Source of the DNA: an uncultured delta proteobacterium
GTDB taxonomy: Bacteria > Desulfobacterota > RBG-13-43-22
DNA length: 64,000 nucleotides
Direction of reading: 5' to 3'
Assembly: GCA_963743305.1 (NCBI GenBank)
Contig: CAVUPH010000014.1
Coordinates: 96,001-160,000, forward strand
Below, piece after piece: positions 1 through 11,074 of this stretch. The position numbers and the translations under genes are program-made. Below the pieces are notes generated by a model. The model was not told where the DNA came from and ran no database searches. It saw nothing but the letters and a program-made list of their open reading frames with translations. Within the stretch, counting starts at the first letter, position 1. The number at the start of each line of letters is the position of its first letter.

Positions 1-630
1 TTTTTCTGCTTCAATCTGGGAGGGGGGAAGAAAGGCCCCGCTGGGATTGCTGACCAGGTTGAGTTCCAGGCCGCTGCCTTCCCGGCCATAGCCCACCGCA
101 TTCAGCCGCTGCAGGGTGTCGATGGCCTGCTGGAAAACACCGGGGCCCCGCTGGGCGTCGGTTTGGCCGGACTGCAAGGAAGGGAAGGAGGCCACCACCA
201 CCACCCCGTGGGCCTTCAGAAATTCGATCAGTGAGGAATGACTGTCGTCGCTTAACGCCGTCAGGTTGGAGCGAATCATGATCCGGGGGACCAGGCGGGA
301 AAGGCCTGCGATTAAGCGGATCAGGTTGGGATTCAGTTCCGGGGCGCCCCCGGTGATGTCCGCCACGGCAAACCCGCTTCTACCGGCATAGGCGATCACC
401 TGATCGACCGTCTCGGCCGTCATGACTTCCCGGCGGTACGGTCCGGCATCCAGGTGACAGTGGCGGCAGGTCTGGTTGCAGAGCAACCCCACATTGATCT
501 GCAGGGTGGTGGTCTGATCTCGCACCAGGGACAACCCCTGTTCGGTCAAGGTGGTCTTGAAGGGTTTGCCCCAGCCCGGTTCGGGACCGGTGGAAACTTT
601 TTCTGCCGGGAAACTGACGACCGGTTCCAT
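1..630 (-). CDS. arsS: Radical SAM/Cys-rich protein ArsS family (3' end runs off window)
   Basis: Manual translation from ATG at 630: TTLQINVGLLCNQTCRHCHLDAGP (CxxxCxxC) and NLVSNPSGAFLPPSQ. Lies next to its usual AhpD-like partner. Not in the ORF track because it is partial. Confidence 0.85.
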   Translation of the reverse strand, partial: MEPVVSFPAEKVSTGPEPGWGKPFKTTLTEQGLSLVRDQTTTLQINVGLLCNQTCRHCHLDAGPYRREVMTAETVDQVIAYAGRSGFAVADITGGAPELNPNLIRLIAGLSRLVPRIMIRSNLTALSDDSHSSLIEFLKAHGVVVVASFPSLQSGQTDAQRGPGVFQQAIDTLQRLNAVGYGREGSGLELNLVSNPSGAFLPPSQIEAEK

Positions 631-642
631 CAAAAAACCTGT

Positions 643-975
643 TTACATGGACAACTTTTGGGCCACGTTGCGCATCTGGACCCCGTGGACCAGGGAAGCC
701 CCGCCCCGAATGGCCACGGCCACGTGTACGGCCTCAGTCATCTCGTTCAGGTCCGACCCTTTTTCCAGGCAGGTCTGGGTATAGGCGTCGATGCAGTAAG
801 GGCACTGGACCGCATGGGCCACGGCCAGGGCGATCAGGGCCTTTTCCCGTTCCGTCAGTGCCCCTTCGGCAAAGACGGTTTGGTAATAGTCAAAAAATTT
901 CTGGGCCAGGACCGGTGCCTCCTTCCCGATATCGGGGAATTTAGGCAGATCCTGGGGCCGGTAATAGGTTTCCAT
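643..975 (-). CDS. AhpD/carboxymuconolactone decarboxylase-like peroxidase-like protein (ArsS-associated)
   Basis: METYY start with GGAG-type RBS; EKALIALAVAHAVQCPYCIDAY (CxxC). Confidence 0.85.
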   Translation of the reverse strand: METYYRPQDLPKFPDIGKEAPVLAQKFFDYYQTVFAEGALTEREKALIALAVAHAVQCPYCIDAYTQTCLEKGSDLNEMTEAVHVAVAIRGGASLVHGVQMRNVAQKLSM

Positions 976-1075
976 CAATCCCTCTCCTTCTCTAATCCAA
1001 GAATAGTACCAACGTAATAATACAACAGCATTTCGCATATTAGAATACCACAATCCGATCCGAGAATATACCCCT

Positions 1076-1756
1076 TCAGCACGTCGGTTTTAAGAGATTG
1101 CTGTCCCGTCGATCCACAAATGCTCGAAACTCTTTCAGGGTATTTATATTTAAACACACTTGATCGTCACGGACTCTGACCTTGGCCACCCGCTCCTGGG
1201 GAAGGGCTCGGATTTGTTGATCGAGACGGGCTTCGTTGTCTGCTACGGCCAACGAAGCAAGTCGGCCGAGAAATCGTCGCGACAGCAGGACGGGATGTCC
1301 TCCTTTGGATCGGTATTGAGGGATTACTACGTCTAAGTTATTGTTAAAGGCCGTCCTGATCCGACTATAAACTTCCCTATGCGGGCCGGGGACATCTACG
1401 GGCAGGATAAAGGCCCCGGACCAATCCTTTTCCAGTAATAAGGGGATTGCGCATTGCAGGGAGGAGAATTGTCCCAACTCCGGGGTTTTATTAACAACGA
1501 CGGATACTGCCAGGCCGGATTGGACAGACGCTTCGTCCCAGTCGCCCCGCAGCCAAGGAATTCGTTCGAGGTAACGCTCCTGGTGATAGCCCAGAACAAC
1601 AATCGCCTCCTTCCCGGAGGCGGCTTCAAATCGGCTTAACTGTTCGAGCAGCCAGGGCCGCCCCTGATATTCGACTAGTCCTTTGGGCTTTCCCATCCGG
1701 GAGGATTGGCCGCCGGCTAGGAGAATCAGCGGAAAGTCATCTATTCTATTTACCAT
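1076..1756 (-). CDS. MocA/YgfJ-like nucleotidyltransferase (NTP_transf_3)
   Basis: LLAGGQSSRMGKPK, LPVDVP and GGHPVL motifs; adjacent to yqeB. Confidence 0.8.
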   Translation of the reverse strand: MVNRIDDFPLILLAGGQSSRMGKPKGLVEYQGRPWLLEQLSRFEAASGKEAIVVLGYHQERYLERIPWLRGDWDEASVQSGLAVSVVVNKTPELGQFSSLQCAIPLLLEKDWSGAFILPVDVPGPHREVYSRIRTAFNNNLDVVIPQYRSKGGHPVLLSRRFLGRLASLAVADNEARLDQQIRALPQERVAKVRVRDDQVCLNINTLKEFRAFVDRRDSNLLKPTC

Positions 1757-1825
1757 TTCAAGGAAAATATTGGAGGGAGCGTAGATCGTTTATTTTAAAT
1801 GTTAAAACAGAACCAATCGCAAACG

Positions 1826-1853
1826 ATTATTGTCAATTAAAAGAGAATGTCAA
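1826..1853 (-). promoter_or_regulatory. Putative sigma70 promoter upstream of mocA-like gene
   Basis: Minus strand TTGACA-N16-AATAAT in an AT-rich intergenic region. Confidence 0.45.
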
Positions 1854-1879
1854 GTAAACTCGTGTGGATCGAAGGCCTT

Positions 1880-2689
1880 TTAGCCGAGAATTCCTTTCAA
1901 TACGCCGTCGGCGATCAGCCGGGCCTGCGGGGTTATGATCCAACAGGATTTCGGGTCTCCCCGGGGATCGATATCGCCGATCTTTTGTCCGGCCTTGACC
2001 TGGACTCCGTCACGGATCAGACCCCAGATCGTACCGGAAATATTCGCCAAAATCGGCTGGTCACAAACGGTGGCGATCACTTCATTCTTCTTTACCGCGT
2101 CACCTATTTTTTTTAAAGCCCGGAGAACTCCCTTTCCAGAGCTTATTATGAGCCGTTCCCTGGTGAACCCATAAATCTCCGTCGGAATCCCGGTTTCTTC
2201 TTCCGCCGGACCGTCAAAAATCAGACGGCCCAGATGGGGACTAGCTGGATTGGTCTCCACTACCAAATGGACATCGGTCCCAGCCACGAAGCCCGGTCCC
2301 AGAGCGATAACCAAAGGAGCCATCCTGATGGTGATGCCAGTATTTCTTTTGGCCATGACCGCGTCAATCAGGACGTCGAGATCTAAGCTATCCAGAATTT
2401 TTGTTTCCGGATCAACAAGGATGGGTATCAATCCATCCTCCCAACACTGACCGATCTCCGGCAAAAAAAGCCCTGATCTTTGGGCCGCCACCCCGCCCAC
2501 CTCCATCCGGCCGTCGATGACGGCTTCACAGAATGAAACACCTCTCCTTTCGGTGAGAGGGAGCGCCAGATCGGTCATTACGATCCTTCTCAGACCGCGT
2601 TGGTATAAGAGATGGGCTACGGCGCTGGCTTTCTCACCGGCCCCCTTGATCAATACGATATGTTCCTGGAGACGCTTTGGGGAGACCAT
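1880..2689 (-). CDS. yqeB: YqeB-family selenium-dependent molybdenum hydroxylase system protein (divergent)
   Basis: IDAVMAKRNTG, IALGPGFVAG, VVETN, GLIRDG, KIGDIDPRG motifs. Confidence 0.85.
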   Translation of the reverse strand: MVSPKRLQEHIVLIKGAGEKASAVAHLLYQRGLRRIVMTDLALPLTERRGVSFCEAVIDGRMEVGGVAAQRSGLFLPEIGQCWEDGLIPILVDPETKILDSLDLDVLIDAVMAKRNTGITIRMAPLVIALGPGFVAGTDVHLVVETNPASPHLGRLIFDGPAEEETGIPTEIYGFTRERLIISSGKGVLRALKKIGDAVKKNEVIATVCDQPILANISGTIWGLIRDGVQVKAGQKIGDIDPRGDPKSCWIITPQARLIADGVLKGILG

Positions 2690-2745
2690 GTGATTAGATT
2701 ATTCCTTCTTTCGGGCTTGATATTCCAAAAGATTTCTTTCTAAAA

Positions 2746-4664
<1,919 letters not shown>

Positions 4665-4706
4665 GAATTGAAATTTTCCTCGGAGACCATCGTTAAAGAT
4701 AGGATT

Positions 4707-4798
4707 TGGAGGGGGCAAGGGGAATCGAACCTCCTCCCGGGTTTCTAGACCGGGCCAACGGGTTTGCAGCCCGCGGGGCGCCCAGCCCCATTGCCCCC
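4707..4798 (-). tRNA. selC*: tRNA-Cys(GCA) with tRNA(Sec)-like 8/4 cloverleaf (selC* type)
   Basis: 8-bp acceptor stem GGGGGCAA/TTGCCCCC; D stem GGGGC/GCCCC; anticodon arm GCGGG-CT GCA AA-CCCGT; long variable arm CCCGG/CCGGG; T arm GG(A)GG-TTCGATT-CCCC; discriminator U and encoded CCA. Confidence 0.92.
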
Positions 4799-5069
4799 AC
4801 TGATTCACTTTATTATTACCCTATGGCTGATAGATCCCCATAGAGGTCCAATTATCCGGGGAAGCGACTTGACTGACTTGAGTTACGGATTCCGCCGGAC
4901 CGATTATAACTCTCACGGATTTCTGCTTCACCGGTGTCTGGGATAATTCAGCCGTGGTAATGGTCCAATCCCCCCTAACGAAGTTGAAAAGGTGCGGTCG
5001 GCCGGGGTTTACCCCCTTCCCGTTCAAAACGAATATCACCGTGCATAAGAAAAAATTCGACGGCCTGCA

Positions 5070-6242
5070 TCAATTCATCTTGGGGAGGCGTTTCATGATC
5101 TGGTCATGGCAGTTGGAGCAGCCCACGACCACCACGTTGGCCCCGCTCTCTTTGATCTGGTTGTATTTATACCGTCCGTGCCAGGCGGAATCTTCTTCAT
5201 AGGGCATGGGCCAATTCCCGCCGCCGGCCCCGCAACAGAAGTTGTTGGCCCGATTGGGAACCATATCCACGAATTGGTCCACGCATTGATCGATGATCCA
5301 GCGGGGTTCTTCATAATAGCCGTGCCCGAAGTTGCGTTCCAGTTCCCGGCCGTGTTTACAGGAGTCGTGCCAGGTAAACACCTTCCCCGCGTTTACGGAT
5401 TTATCCAGTTTGATTCGACCGGACAGGATGATTTCTTTTAAATAATCATATAAATAGATATGGGAAACCGCGTTGTTGGGATCTTCCAGCACACATTCCT
5501 TCATGCCTTTCTTGCAGCCGTAGGAACCGCCGCCGCAGTCCGGCATGATCATCCTTCCAATGCGGTGCTCTTTCATGAAGTCGATTTTCCTTTTGGCCAG
5601 AATCTTGGTAGCTTCCGCATTTCCGGTAAAGAGTCCCCAGTCCACGGCTTCCCAGTTTTCCGAGGGAACGGTCCAGTTCTCTTTAGCGGCATAAAAGATC
5701 TTCCACCACCATTTCATATCGTCGTTGTCGGCGAAAACTTCCTTGGAATTGGGAAAGAAAAGTATTTCGGCGTCGTCTTTGTCCACCGGCACATAAAAGC
5801 CCGCCAATTCCTCGTCGGCCAGTTCTTTCCCCAAATCGGACAAGAGAAAGAAATAATCCGCCTGCGGAATGGCCATATTGTTGCCGGTGTTCAGTACATT
5901 TTCGACCCCCTTATGCAAAATACCCGGCACCTGGTCCCGAGGCCGGAGGGATTTCATAAAACCATTGATTCCGACGATGTCTATGCCCATGGGACAACCG
6001 TGGACGCAGCGACCGCACCCGGTGCAGATCCATGGAAATTTGGAATTGACCACTTCATCGACCATGCCGAAAACCAACATGCGGATGACCTTTCGGGTGT
6101 CCCACCCGGGCGTATGAGGCGATCCGCTGATCGGACATCCCCCGGAACAAGTGCCGCAGGTGTAGCAGCGATTCAGGTTGAATTTGGAAAGGTATTTTTT
6201 TAACTCTTCAGGTATTCGCTTGATATTTAATGCAGGTTCCAT
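5070..6242 (-). CDS. HdrD/HmcF-like (Fe-S)-binding oxidoreductase (2x4Fe-4S plus CCG domains); C-terminus appears truncated
   Basis: CYTCGTCSGGCP, CTGCGRCVHGCP, WHDSCKHGR, CCGAGGG, CSNCHDQ. Confidence 0.85.
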   Translation of the reverse strand: MEPALNIKRIPEELKKYLSKFNLNRCYTCGTCSGGCPISGSPHTPGWDTRKVIRMLVFGMVDEVVNSKFPWICTGCGRCVHGCPMGIDIVGINGFMKSLRPRDQVPGILHKGVENVLNTGNNMAIPQADYFFLLSDLGKELADEELAGFYVPVDKDDAEILFFPNSKEVFADNDDMKWWWKIFYAAKENWTVPSENWEAVDWGLFTGNAEATKILAKRKIDFMKEHRIGRMIMPDCGGGSYGCKKGMKECVLEDPNNAVSHIYLYDYLKEIILSGRIKLDKSVNAGKVFTWHDSCKHGRELERNFGHGYYEEPRWIIDQCVDQFVDMVPNRANNFCCGAGGGNWPMPYEEDSAWHGRYKYNQIKESGANVVVVGCSNCHDQIMKRLPKMN

Positions 6243-6263
6243 ATCCTCCTCCTATCCTTAGTA

Positions 6264-6686
6264 CTAAGCAGCGGCCCGTTGGGTGAATAGCGGCCCTAAT
6301 CTTTTTATTTTCTCCGTAAAATCATGGCAGGTCTTGGCGAACTGGGGTCCCATGGCGGATGAATTATAATAGATGTCCACCCGCTCCGGTTCCATCCCGC
6401 ATTCCTGGAGGTATTTCTTGACCTGCGCCACTCGTTTTGTGGCCCTATGGTTGCCTGATAAGAAATGGCAATCCCCCAGCAGGCACCCCGATAAAAAGAC
6501 ACCGTCCACCCCTTTCTCAAAAGCGTGGAGGATATGAATAACATCGACGCGCCCGGTACAGGGGACCAGAATAATCCGGACATTGTCCGGATATTGCAAA
6601 TGCATGGAACCGGCCAGATCGGCGGCGGCATAGGAGCACCACCGGCAACAATAAGAAATGATTTTGGGTTCGAAGGTATCTTCCAT
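6264..6686 (-). CDS. mvhD: MvhD/FlpD hydrogenase iron-sulfur (delta) subunit, all-Cys form
   Basis: YCCRWCSYAAADLAG, VPCTGRVD, SGCLLGDCHF; RBS GAGGGGG before ATG at 6686. Confidence 0.9.
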   Translation of the reverse strand: MEDTFEPKIISYCCRWCSYAAADLAGSMHLQYPDNVRIILVPCTGRVDVIHILHAFEKGVDGVFLSGCLLGDCHFLSGNHRATKRVAQVKKYLQECGMEPERVDIYYNSSAMGPQFAKTCHDFTEKIKRLGPLFTQRAAA

Positions 6687-6780
6687 ATGCAACCCCCTCA
6701 CTTGAATGGAATAACGATTTTAAGAAAACGGCTTGTCTGTAGGCCCCACTTCATCGCCTGAAGGGACACGGCCATTAAAC

Positions 6781-6812
6781 GAACTTCGTCCCTGAAAGGG
6801 GGACGATAGCCC
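6781..6812 (-). terminator. Hairpin in the mvhD 5' leader (possible attenuator terminator)
   Basis: TCGTCCC-CCTTTCA-GGGACGA core extended by GGGCT/AGTTC; only a weak U-tail (GTTTAAT). Confidence 0.4.
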
Positions 6813-6858
6813 TCGATCCTTTCCCTAAAAAAGTCGCTTAAAATTTAATAAGAGGGTG

Positions 6859-7017
6859 TTAAAAAGAACGGCGGGTCTGGAAGGCGGAACCGTCGCTCAT
6901 CACCCTGATTCCTGATGTATGCCTTGGACGCAGAACCTGCGCCTTATTGCCCCAAGATCATAGGCTGGGCATTCAACGGACGGCGATGAGCCTGTTTGGG
7001 CAATAGTGATGGATCAC
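6859..7017 (-). CDS. Putative leader peptide with two in-frame UGA codons (14 aa, or 52 aa if both are read through)
   Basis: GGGAGGTG RBS 7 nt (from GGAGG) before GTG at 7017; UGA at 6973-6975 and 6958-6960; TAA at 6859-6861. MIHHYCPNRLIAVR-U-MPSL-U-SWGNKAQV...RRSF. Confidence 0.6.
6923..6956 (-). promoter_or_regulatory. SECIS-like hairpin 3' of the leader UGA codons
   Basis: Upper stem GGCGCAG-GTT-CTGCGTC; core GCAGGTTCTGC versus E. coli fdhF GCAGGTCTGC; lower stem CTTGG/CCAAG. Confidence 0.6.
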
Positions 7018-7332
7018 GGTCTCACCTCCCTTCTTTCGATTGGACGGATCTTTGAAGATATGGAACGATTTGTTTCGATCTTAAAAAAGCCACGAAACCG
7101 CTTCTTGTTCAGACTATTAAATTGAGCAAAACAGGGGTCGATTTTCCCGTCCTGATCGGCCGGGAAAGACCGCATTTTTTACCCTAAGGGATTATAATTT
7201 CCAGGACCTAGAAATTAGAGGGATAATCAAGTGAAAAAAGTGGAGGGAAGGGAGAATGGGTATAGGTAACTCATTAGGCTGACACCTTATATCATTAAAA
7301 GTGATTAGTCAAATAGAAAATAACCATCCTTT

Positions 7333-7821
7333 TCAAGGGGCCATCGTAAAATGCCCTCCAGCCCGGCGAATTTCCTCCAAAACGGTTTTGACCAGTTCCG
7401 GGACCCGGTTTTTCACAGTGGGGGTCAGTTCGTCGGACCAAGGGGAATAATCCTCGGGCTCGATGCCCAGCACCACCGTTTCGGGTCGGTTGCCCACCAA
7501 TTCGCAGCAGGCCAGGGTTTCCAGAAGGTCCGTTTGGTGAAGAGAATACTTAAAAGCTACGCTCTTGCGGACCTCTTCGCCGGTCAGGCGATAAAACGTT
7601 CCCGGAGATTGGCCGTTTAGTACGGCATCCACCACGATTAACGAATCCGAGGAGATTATGGCGTCCATCAGTTTGATTCCCAAGGTCCCCCCGTCCATGA
7701 GGGACACATTCGGAGAAAAAGAATAGTCTGCCTGGAGTCGCTCCACCACGCGCACGCCGACTCCCTCATCGCGCAGCAGGATATTCCCCACCCCTAATAC
7801 CAGTATTCGCTTCTCCGGCAT
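7333..7821 (-). CDS. HyaD/HybD-family hydrogenase maturation protease
   Basis: LGVGNILLRDEGVG, DGGTLG, VVDAV, SLHQ. Confidence 0.93.
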   Translation of the reverse strand: MPEKRILVLGVGNILLRDEGVGVRVVERLQADYSFSPNVSLMDGGTLGIKLMDAIISSDSLIVVDAVLNGQSPGTFYRLTGEEVRKSVAFKYSLHQTDLLETLACCELVGNRPETVVLGIEPEDYSPWSDELTPTVKNRVPELVKTVLEEIRRAGGHFTMAP

Positions 7822-7878
7822 TCACTTATCCTTAGAATCATGTCTATCAAAAATTTCTTTGGCAAACAAATCGGGCAC

Positions 7879-7929
7879 TTTCACCTCCGCCCTCTTCCCC
7901 CATCGGGGAGGAGGAGGGCGGAGGTGAAA
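7879..7929. terminator. Long GC-rich hairpin after the hydrogenase large subunit (terminator or mRNA stabiliser)
   Basis: TTTCACCTCCGCCCTC...GAGGGCGGAGGTGAAA, 16-bp perfect arms. Confidence 0.7.
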
Positions 7930-7931
7930 AT

Positions 7932-9623
7932 CTATGACACTTTAAATTCGTACACTTCGTTGGTTTGCGGATCGATGACATGAACCCCGCAGGCGATGCA
8001 GGGGTCGAAGGAGTGGACCGTCCGTAATACCTCCACCGGGCGCTTGGGGTCCGCCACAGGGGTGCCGATCAAGGCTTCTTCCACCGGTCCCAGCCGGCCC
8101 AGAGCGCAACGGGGTCCCAGGTTCCAGGTGGAAGGCACCACCAGTTGATAGTTTTCAATCTTTCCGTCTTTTTGGGTAATCCAGTGGCTGAGCGCTCCCC
8201 GAGGTGCGGTGACAAACCCGACCCCGCTGGATTCCTTGGGCATTTTCCATTCGGCGTACAGGTTGGTGTCCCCTTTCTTAACGTTGGCTTCCATCTGGTT
8301 CAGCCAGACCTCGGTCTTGGCGGCGATGGCGGCGCATTCGATGCCCCGGGCGGCCGTCCGTCCCAGGGTGGAAAACAGGGCTTCCGGTCCCACGCCTAAG
8401 TGTTTCAGAACCGTATCCACCAGCCCTTTGCACTCCGGCTGACCTTTGGCATAAGCGATCAAAACCGTGGCCAAAGGCCCCGTTTCCATGGGTTTGTTAT
8501 GGTAGCGGGGGGCCTTCATCCAGGAATAGCGGTTCTTATCGCTTAATTTGGTATATTTCGGCTTGGTTACACCCTTTGAGGGTTTCCGGGATTCCGTCCC
8601 TTCATACCAACTGAAGGCCACATGCTCCCGGATATCCGCAGGATCAAATTTCTGGACATTGGCCAGGTCCCGTTTCATGATCACCCCGGCCGGCAGCCAT
8701 CGGCTTTCCAGGTCGGTTTCGGTCTCCGGGAATTCCCCGAAGCTGAGAAAATTCGTACAGCCTCCGATGGCCCCCCAATTTTTATAAAAGGAAGCCACGG
8801 CCAGTAGGTCCGGGATGTAGACCTCATCGATGAACTGTTTGGTCTCTTTGTAGAGGTCACGGAATTCCTTGAAACGTTCCGGGGTCAGGGCTTCGTAGTT
8901 GGTGGCCCCCCCCACCACGGTAAATTGGGTATGCGGGTTCTTCCCACCCATAACCGCCATCATGCGGGCGGCCTTGACCTGCAGCCGCAAGGCTTCCAGG
9001 TAATGAGCGGTAGCGATCAGGTTGACTTCCGGAGGCAGGACATAAGCCGGATGGCCGCCGAGGAAATAGGCGTTGGTAAAAATACCGAGCTGTCCATTGT
9101 CCACGAAGGCCTTTAACTTGGCCTGAACCGCCTTAAGGCCTTCGGCAGTGGTTTTGCGGTTGGGGGAAATATCGTTGGCCAATTTGGCGGCTTTGGAGGC
9201 GTCGGCCGTCAGTCCGCTGGTCACGTCCACCCAATCCAGCGCGTGCAGGTGGTAAAAATGAACGATATGGTCGTGCATGAACTGGCTGGCTAAGACCAAG
9301 TTACGCATCAATCGGGCGTTATCGGGGATCTTGACCCCCACGGCGTTATCGACGCAACGGGTGGCGGCCAGGGCATGCACGTAGGTGCAGACCCCGCAGG
9401 CTCGCTGGGTAATATGCTGGGCGTCCCGCGGATCGCGCCCTTTTAAGATAATTTCGAGGCCCCGGAAAAGCTGGGAACTGGACCAGGCATTGTGGACCTT
9501 TCCGTTTTTCACCTCCACCTCGATCCGCAGGTGTCCTTCAATCCGAGTAATGGGGTCGATGACGATGGACCCGGAATATCCGCCCCCGACAGGGGCGGCA
9601 GCGGGTGTTTTCTGTTCGGCCAT
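7932..9623 (-). CDS. Periplasmic group 1 [NiFe] hydrogenase large subunit
   Basis: TRIEGHL, QRACGVC (L1), SFDPCIACGVH (L2) plus cleavable tail; Cys rather than Sec in L2. Confidence 0.97.
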   Translation of the reverse strand: MAEQKTPAAAPVGGGYSGSIVIDPITRIEGHLRIEVEVKNGKVHNAWSSSQLFRGLEIILKGRDPRDAQHITQRACGVCTYVHALAATRCVDNAVGVKIPDNARLMRNLVLASQFMHDHIVHFYHLHALDWVDVTSGLTADASKAAKLANDISPNRKTTAEGLKAVQAKLKAFVDNGQLGIFTNAYFLGGHPAYVLPPEVNLIATAHYLEALRLQVKAARMMAVMGGKNPHTQFTVVGGATNYEALTPERFKEFRDLYKETKQFIDEVYIPDLLAVASFYKNWGAIGGCTNFLSFGEFPETETDLESRWLPAGVIMKRDLANVQKFDPADIREHVAFSWYEGTESRKPSKGVTKPKYTKLSDKNRYSWMKAPRYHNKPMETGPLATVLIAYAKGQPECKGLVDTVLKHLGVGPEALFSTLGRTAARGIECAAIAAKTEVWLNQMEANVKKGDTNLYAEWKMPKESSGVGFVTAPRGALSHWITQKDGKIENYQLVVPSTWNLGPRCALGRLGPVEEALIGTPVADPKRPVEVLRTVHSFDPCIACGVHVIDPQTNEVYEFKVS

Positions 9624-9675
9624 TATAATATCCTCCTTAGATACATTAATAAAATAAAGGGGCAGCTAGATCGAC

Positions 9676-10629
9676 TTAGCGCTGAACGTAAAAGGGTGCC
9701 ATCTTGTCCCAAAAATCCGGTTCGCTGCAGCCGATGCAGGGATGTCCGGCCTGTACCGGCCAGTTGGTCTGGTTGAACTTAATTTTGGGACAATTGTTGT
9801 ACGTGTCGGGTCCTTTACACCCCAATTGGTACAAGCACCAGCCTTTCTTGGCCTCTTCCGAACCGAAGGAGGGGGCATATTCCTGTTTGTCGAAGTGCGG
9901 CTGCCGTGGGCACTGGTCGTGGACCGTTTCACCGTAAAACATGACCGGACGGTTCAGGGCGTCGAGCTTGGGCATCCCTTTGGTCAGTAAATGGACCACC
10001 GTCCCGACGAAATTATAGGGGTTGGGCGGACAGCCGGCGATATTTATGGCCTTGACGCCCAGCTTCTTCAGGGCGTCATTGACCCCTTTGGCCCCGGTGG
10101 GATTGGGCTTGGCCGCCTGAACCCCGCCGAAGGTGGCGCAGGCCCCGATGGCGATCACCGCCTTGGCCTTGGGGGCGATTTCACTGCACATCTGATACAT
10201 GGTCTTTCCGGCGATTTTTCCGTAAAGGCCCCCATCTTTGGTGGGGAGCGCCCCCTCAATGACGCAGATGTAACCCTCCGGTGATTTCAGTGCCTGGTGC
10301 AAGGCGTCTTCCACCGCCTGGCCGGCACCGGCCATGAGGGTTTCGTGGTAATCCAGGGAGATTGTGTCTAAGATCAATTCATCGATATAAGGGTCGACGG
10401 TTCTCAGAACCGCTTCGGAACATCCCGTACACTCCGCATTGTGCAGGTAAACCACCGAAGGCCGCTTTTTGGCCGTCAGGGCGGCGGCAATCTCTTTGAC
10501 ATAAGAGGCCTCCAGGCCCATCACCGCGGCGACTGTACCGCAAAATTTTAAGAAATCCCTTCGTGAGATCCCCCGGTTTCGAAGTCGTTCTTCGGCATTT
10601 GGTTTGGCCAATCCAATTTCAAACTTCAT
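9676..10629 (-). CDS. [NiFe] hydrogenase small subunit with Tat signal
   Basis: [46 protein letters not shown]. Confidence 0.97.
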   Translation of the reverse strand: MKFEIGLAKPNAEERLRNRGISRRDFLKFCGTVAAVMGLEASYVKEIAAALTAKKRPSVVYLHNAECTGCSEAVLRTVDPYIDELILDTISLDYHETLMAGAGQAVEDALHQALKSPEGYICVIEGALPTKDGGLYGKIAGKTMYQMCSEIAPKAKAVIAIGACATFGGVQAAKPNPTGAKGVNDALKKLGVKAINIAGCPPNPYNFVGTVVHLLTKGMPKLDALNRPVMFYGETVHDQCPRQPHFDKQEYAPSFGSEEAKKGWCLYQLGCKGPDTYNNCPKIKFNQTNWPVQAGHPCIGCSEPDFWDKMAPFYVQR

Positions 10630-10858
10630 ACATTGCCTCCTTTTGCAACATTTTTTACCAGTGCGTGATCAAATCGGTGTGAATGGCCTAATTAAAAAAA
10701 GTAAAACTTTCCCCCCAATTCCCCCCTGACTTTAATATTTTTGTCTCCCCCCTTCCCTGGTGAATTTTTTGGATATTATTACGTTTTTAGTTGCGTTTTC
10801 AACTATATTATTTGTTCTGGAAGGTATATTCAGAGAAAAGGCCATAGGTTAATAAATA

Positions 10859-11053
10859 TCAACTAGTTGGCCTCCTAGTTCGGCGTAGGGATAGCCGAAT
10901 AATGTTTAGCGGGCCCGATTTTTTTCGATTTTTCCGTGGGAGGTCTCTGAGTTTTGTTGTCCAGTCTATCCCGTCAAATCCGTTTTCCCGGGCAAGCTGT
11001 CTTAGGTAATTTGGATCAGTTAGGAGGTTGAAAAAAGGCGGTTTAGGAATCAT
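10859..11053 (-). pseudogene. Probable N-terminal remnant of a sugar-phosphate isomerase/AP-endonuclease-2 TIM-barrel gene
   Basis: LRQLARENGFDGIDW resembles the first helix/strand of this family; sequence then degenerates. Confidence 0.4.
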
Positions 11054-11074
11054 TTAGACAGAATGGTTAAGTTG

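Noticed and set aside
4665-4808. 48-aa N-terminal extension of the selB ORF
   Set aside because: It is the translation of the tRNA gene; SelB homology starts at ATG 4664.
5460-6203. Long antisense ORFs (also 454-1017, 13192-14061, 47260-48075)
   Set aside because: Shadow ORFs of well-supported genes in GC-rich DNA, without recognisable motifs.
7932-9623. [NiFeSe] hydrogenase
   Set aside because: The L2 motif is DPCIAC with Cys codons; there is no in-frame UGA.
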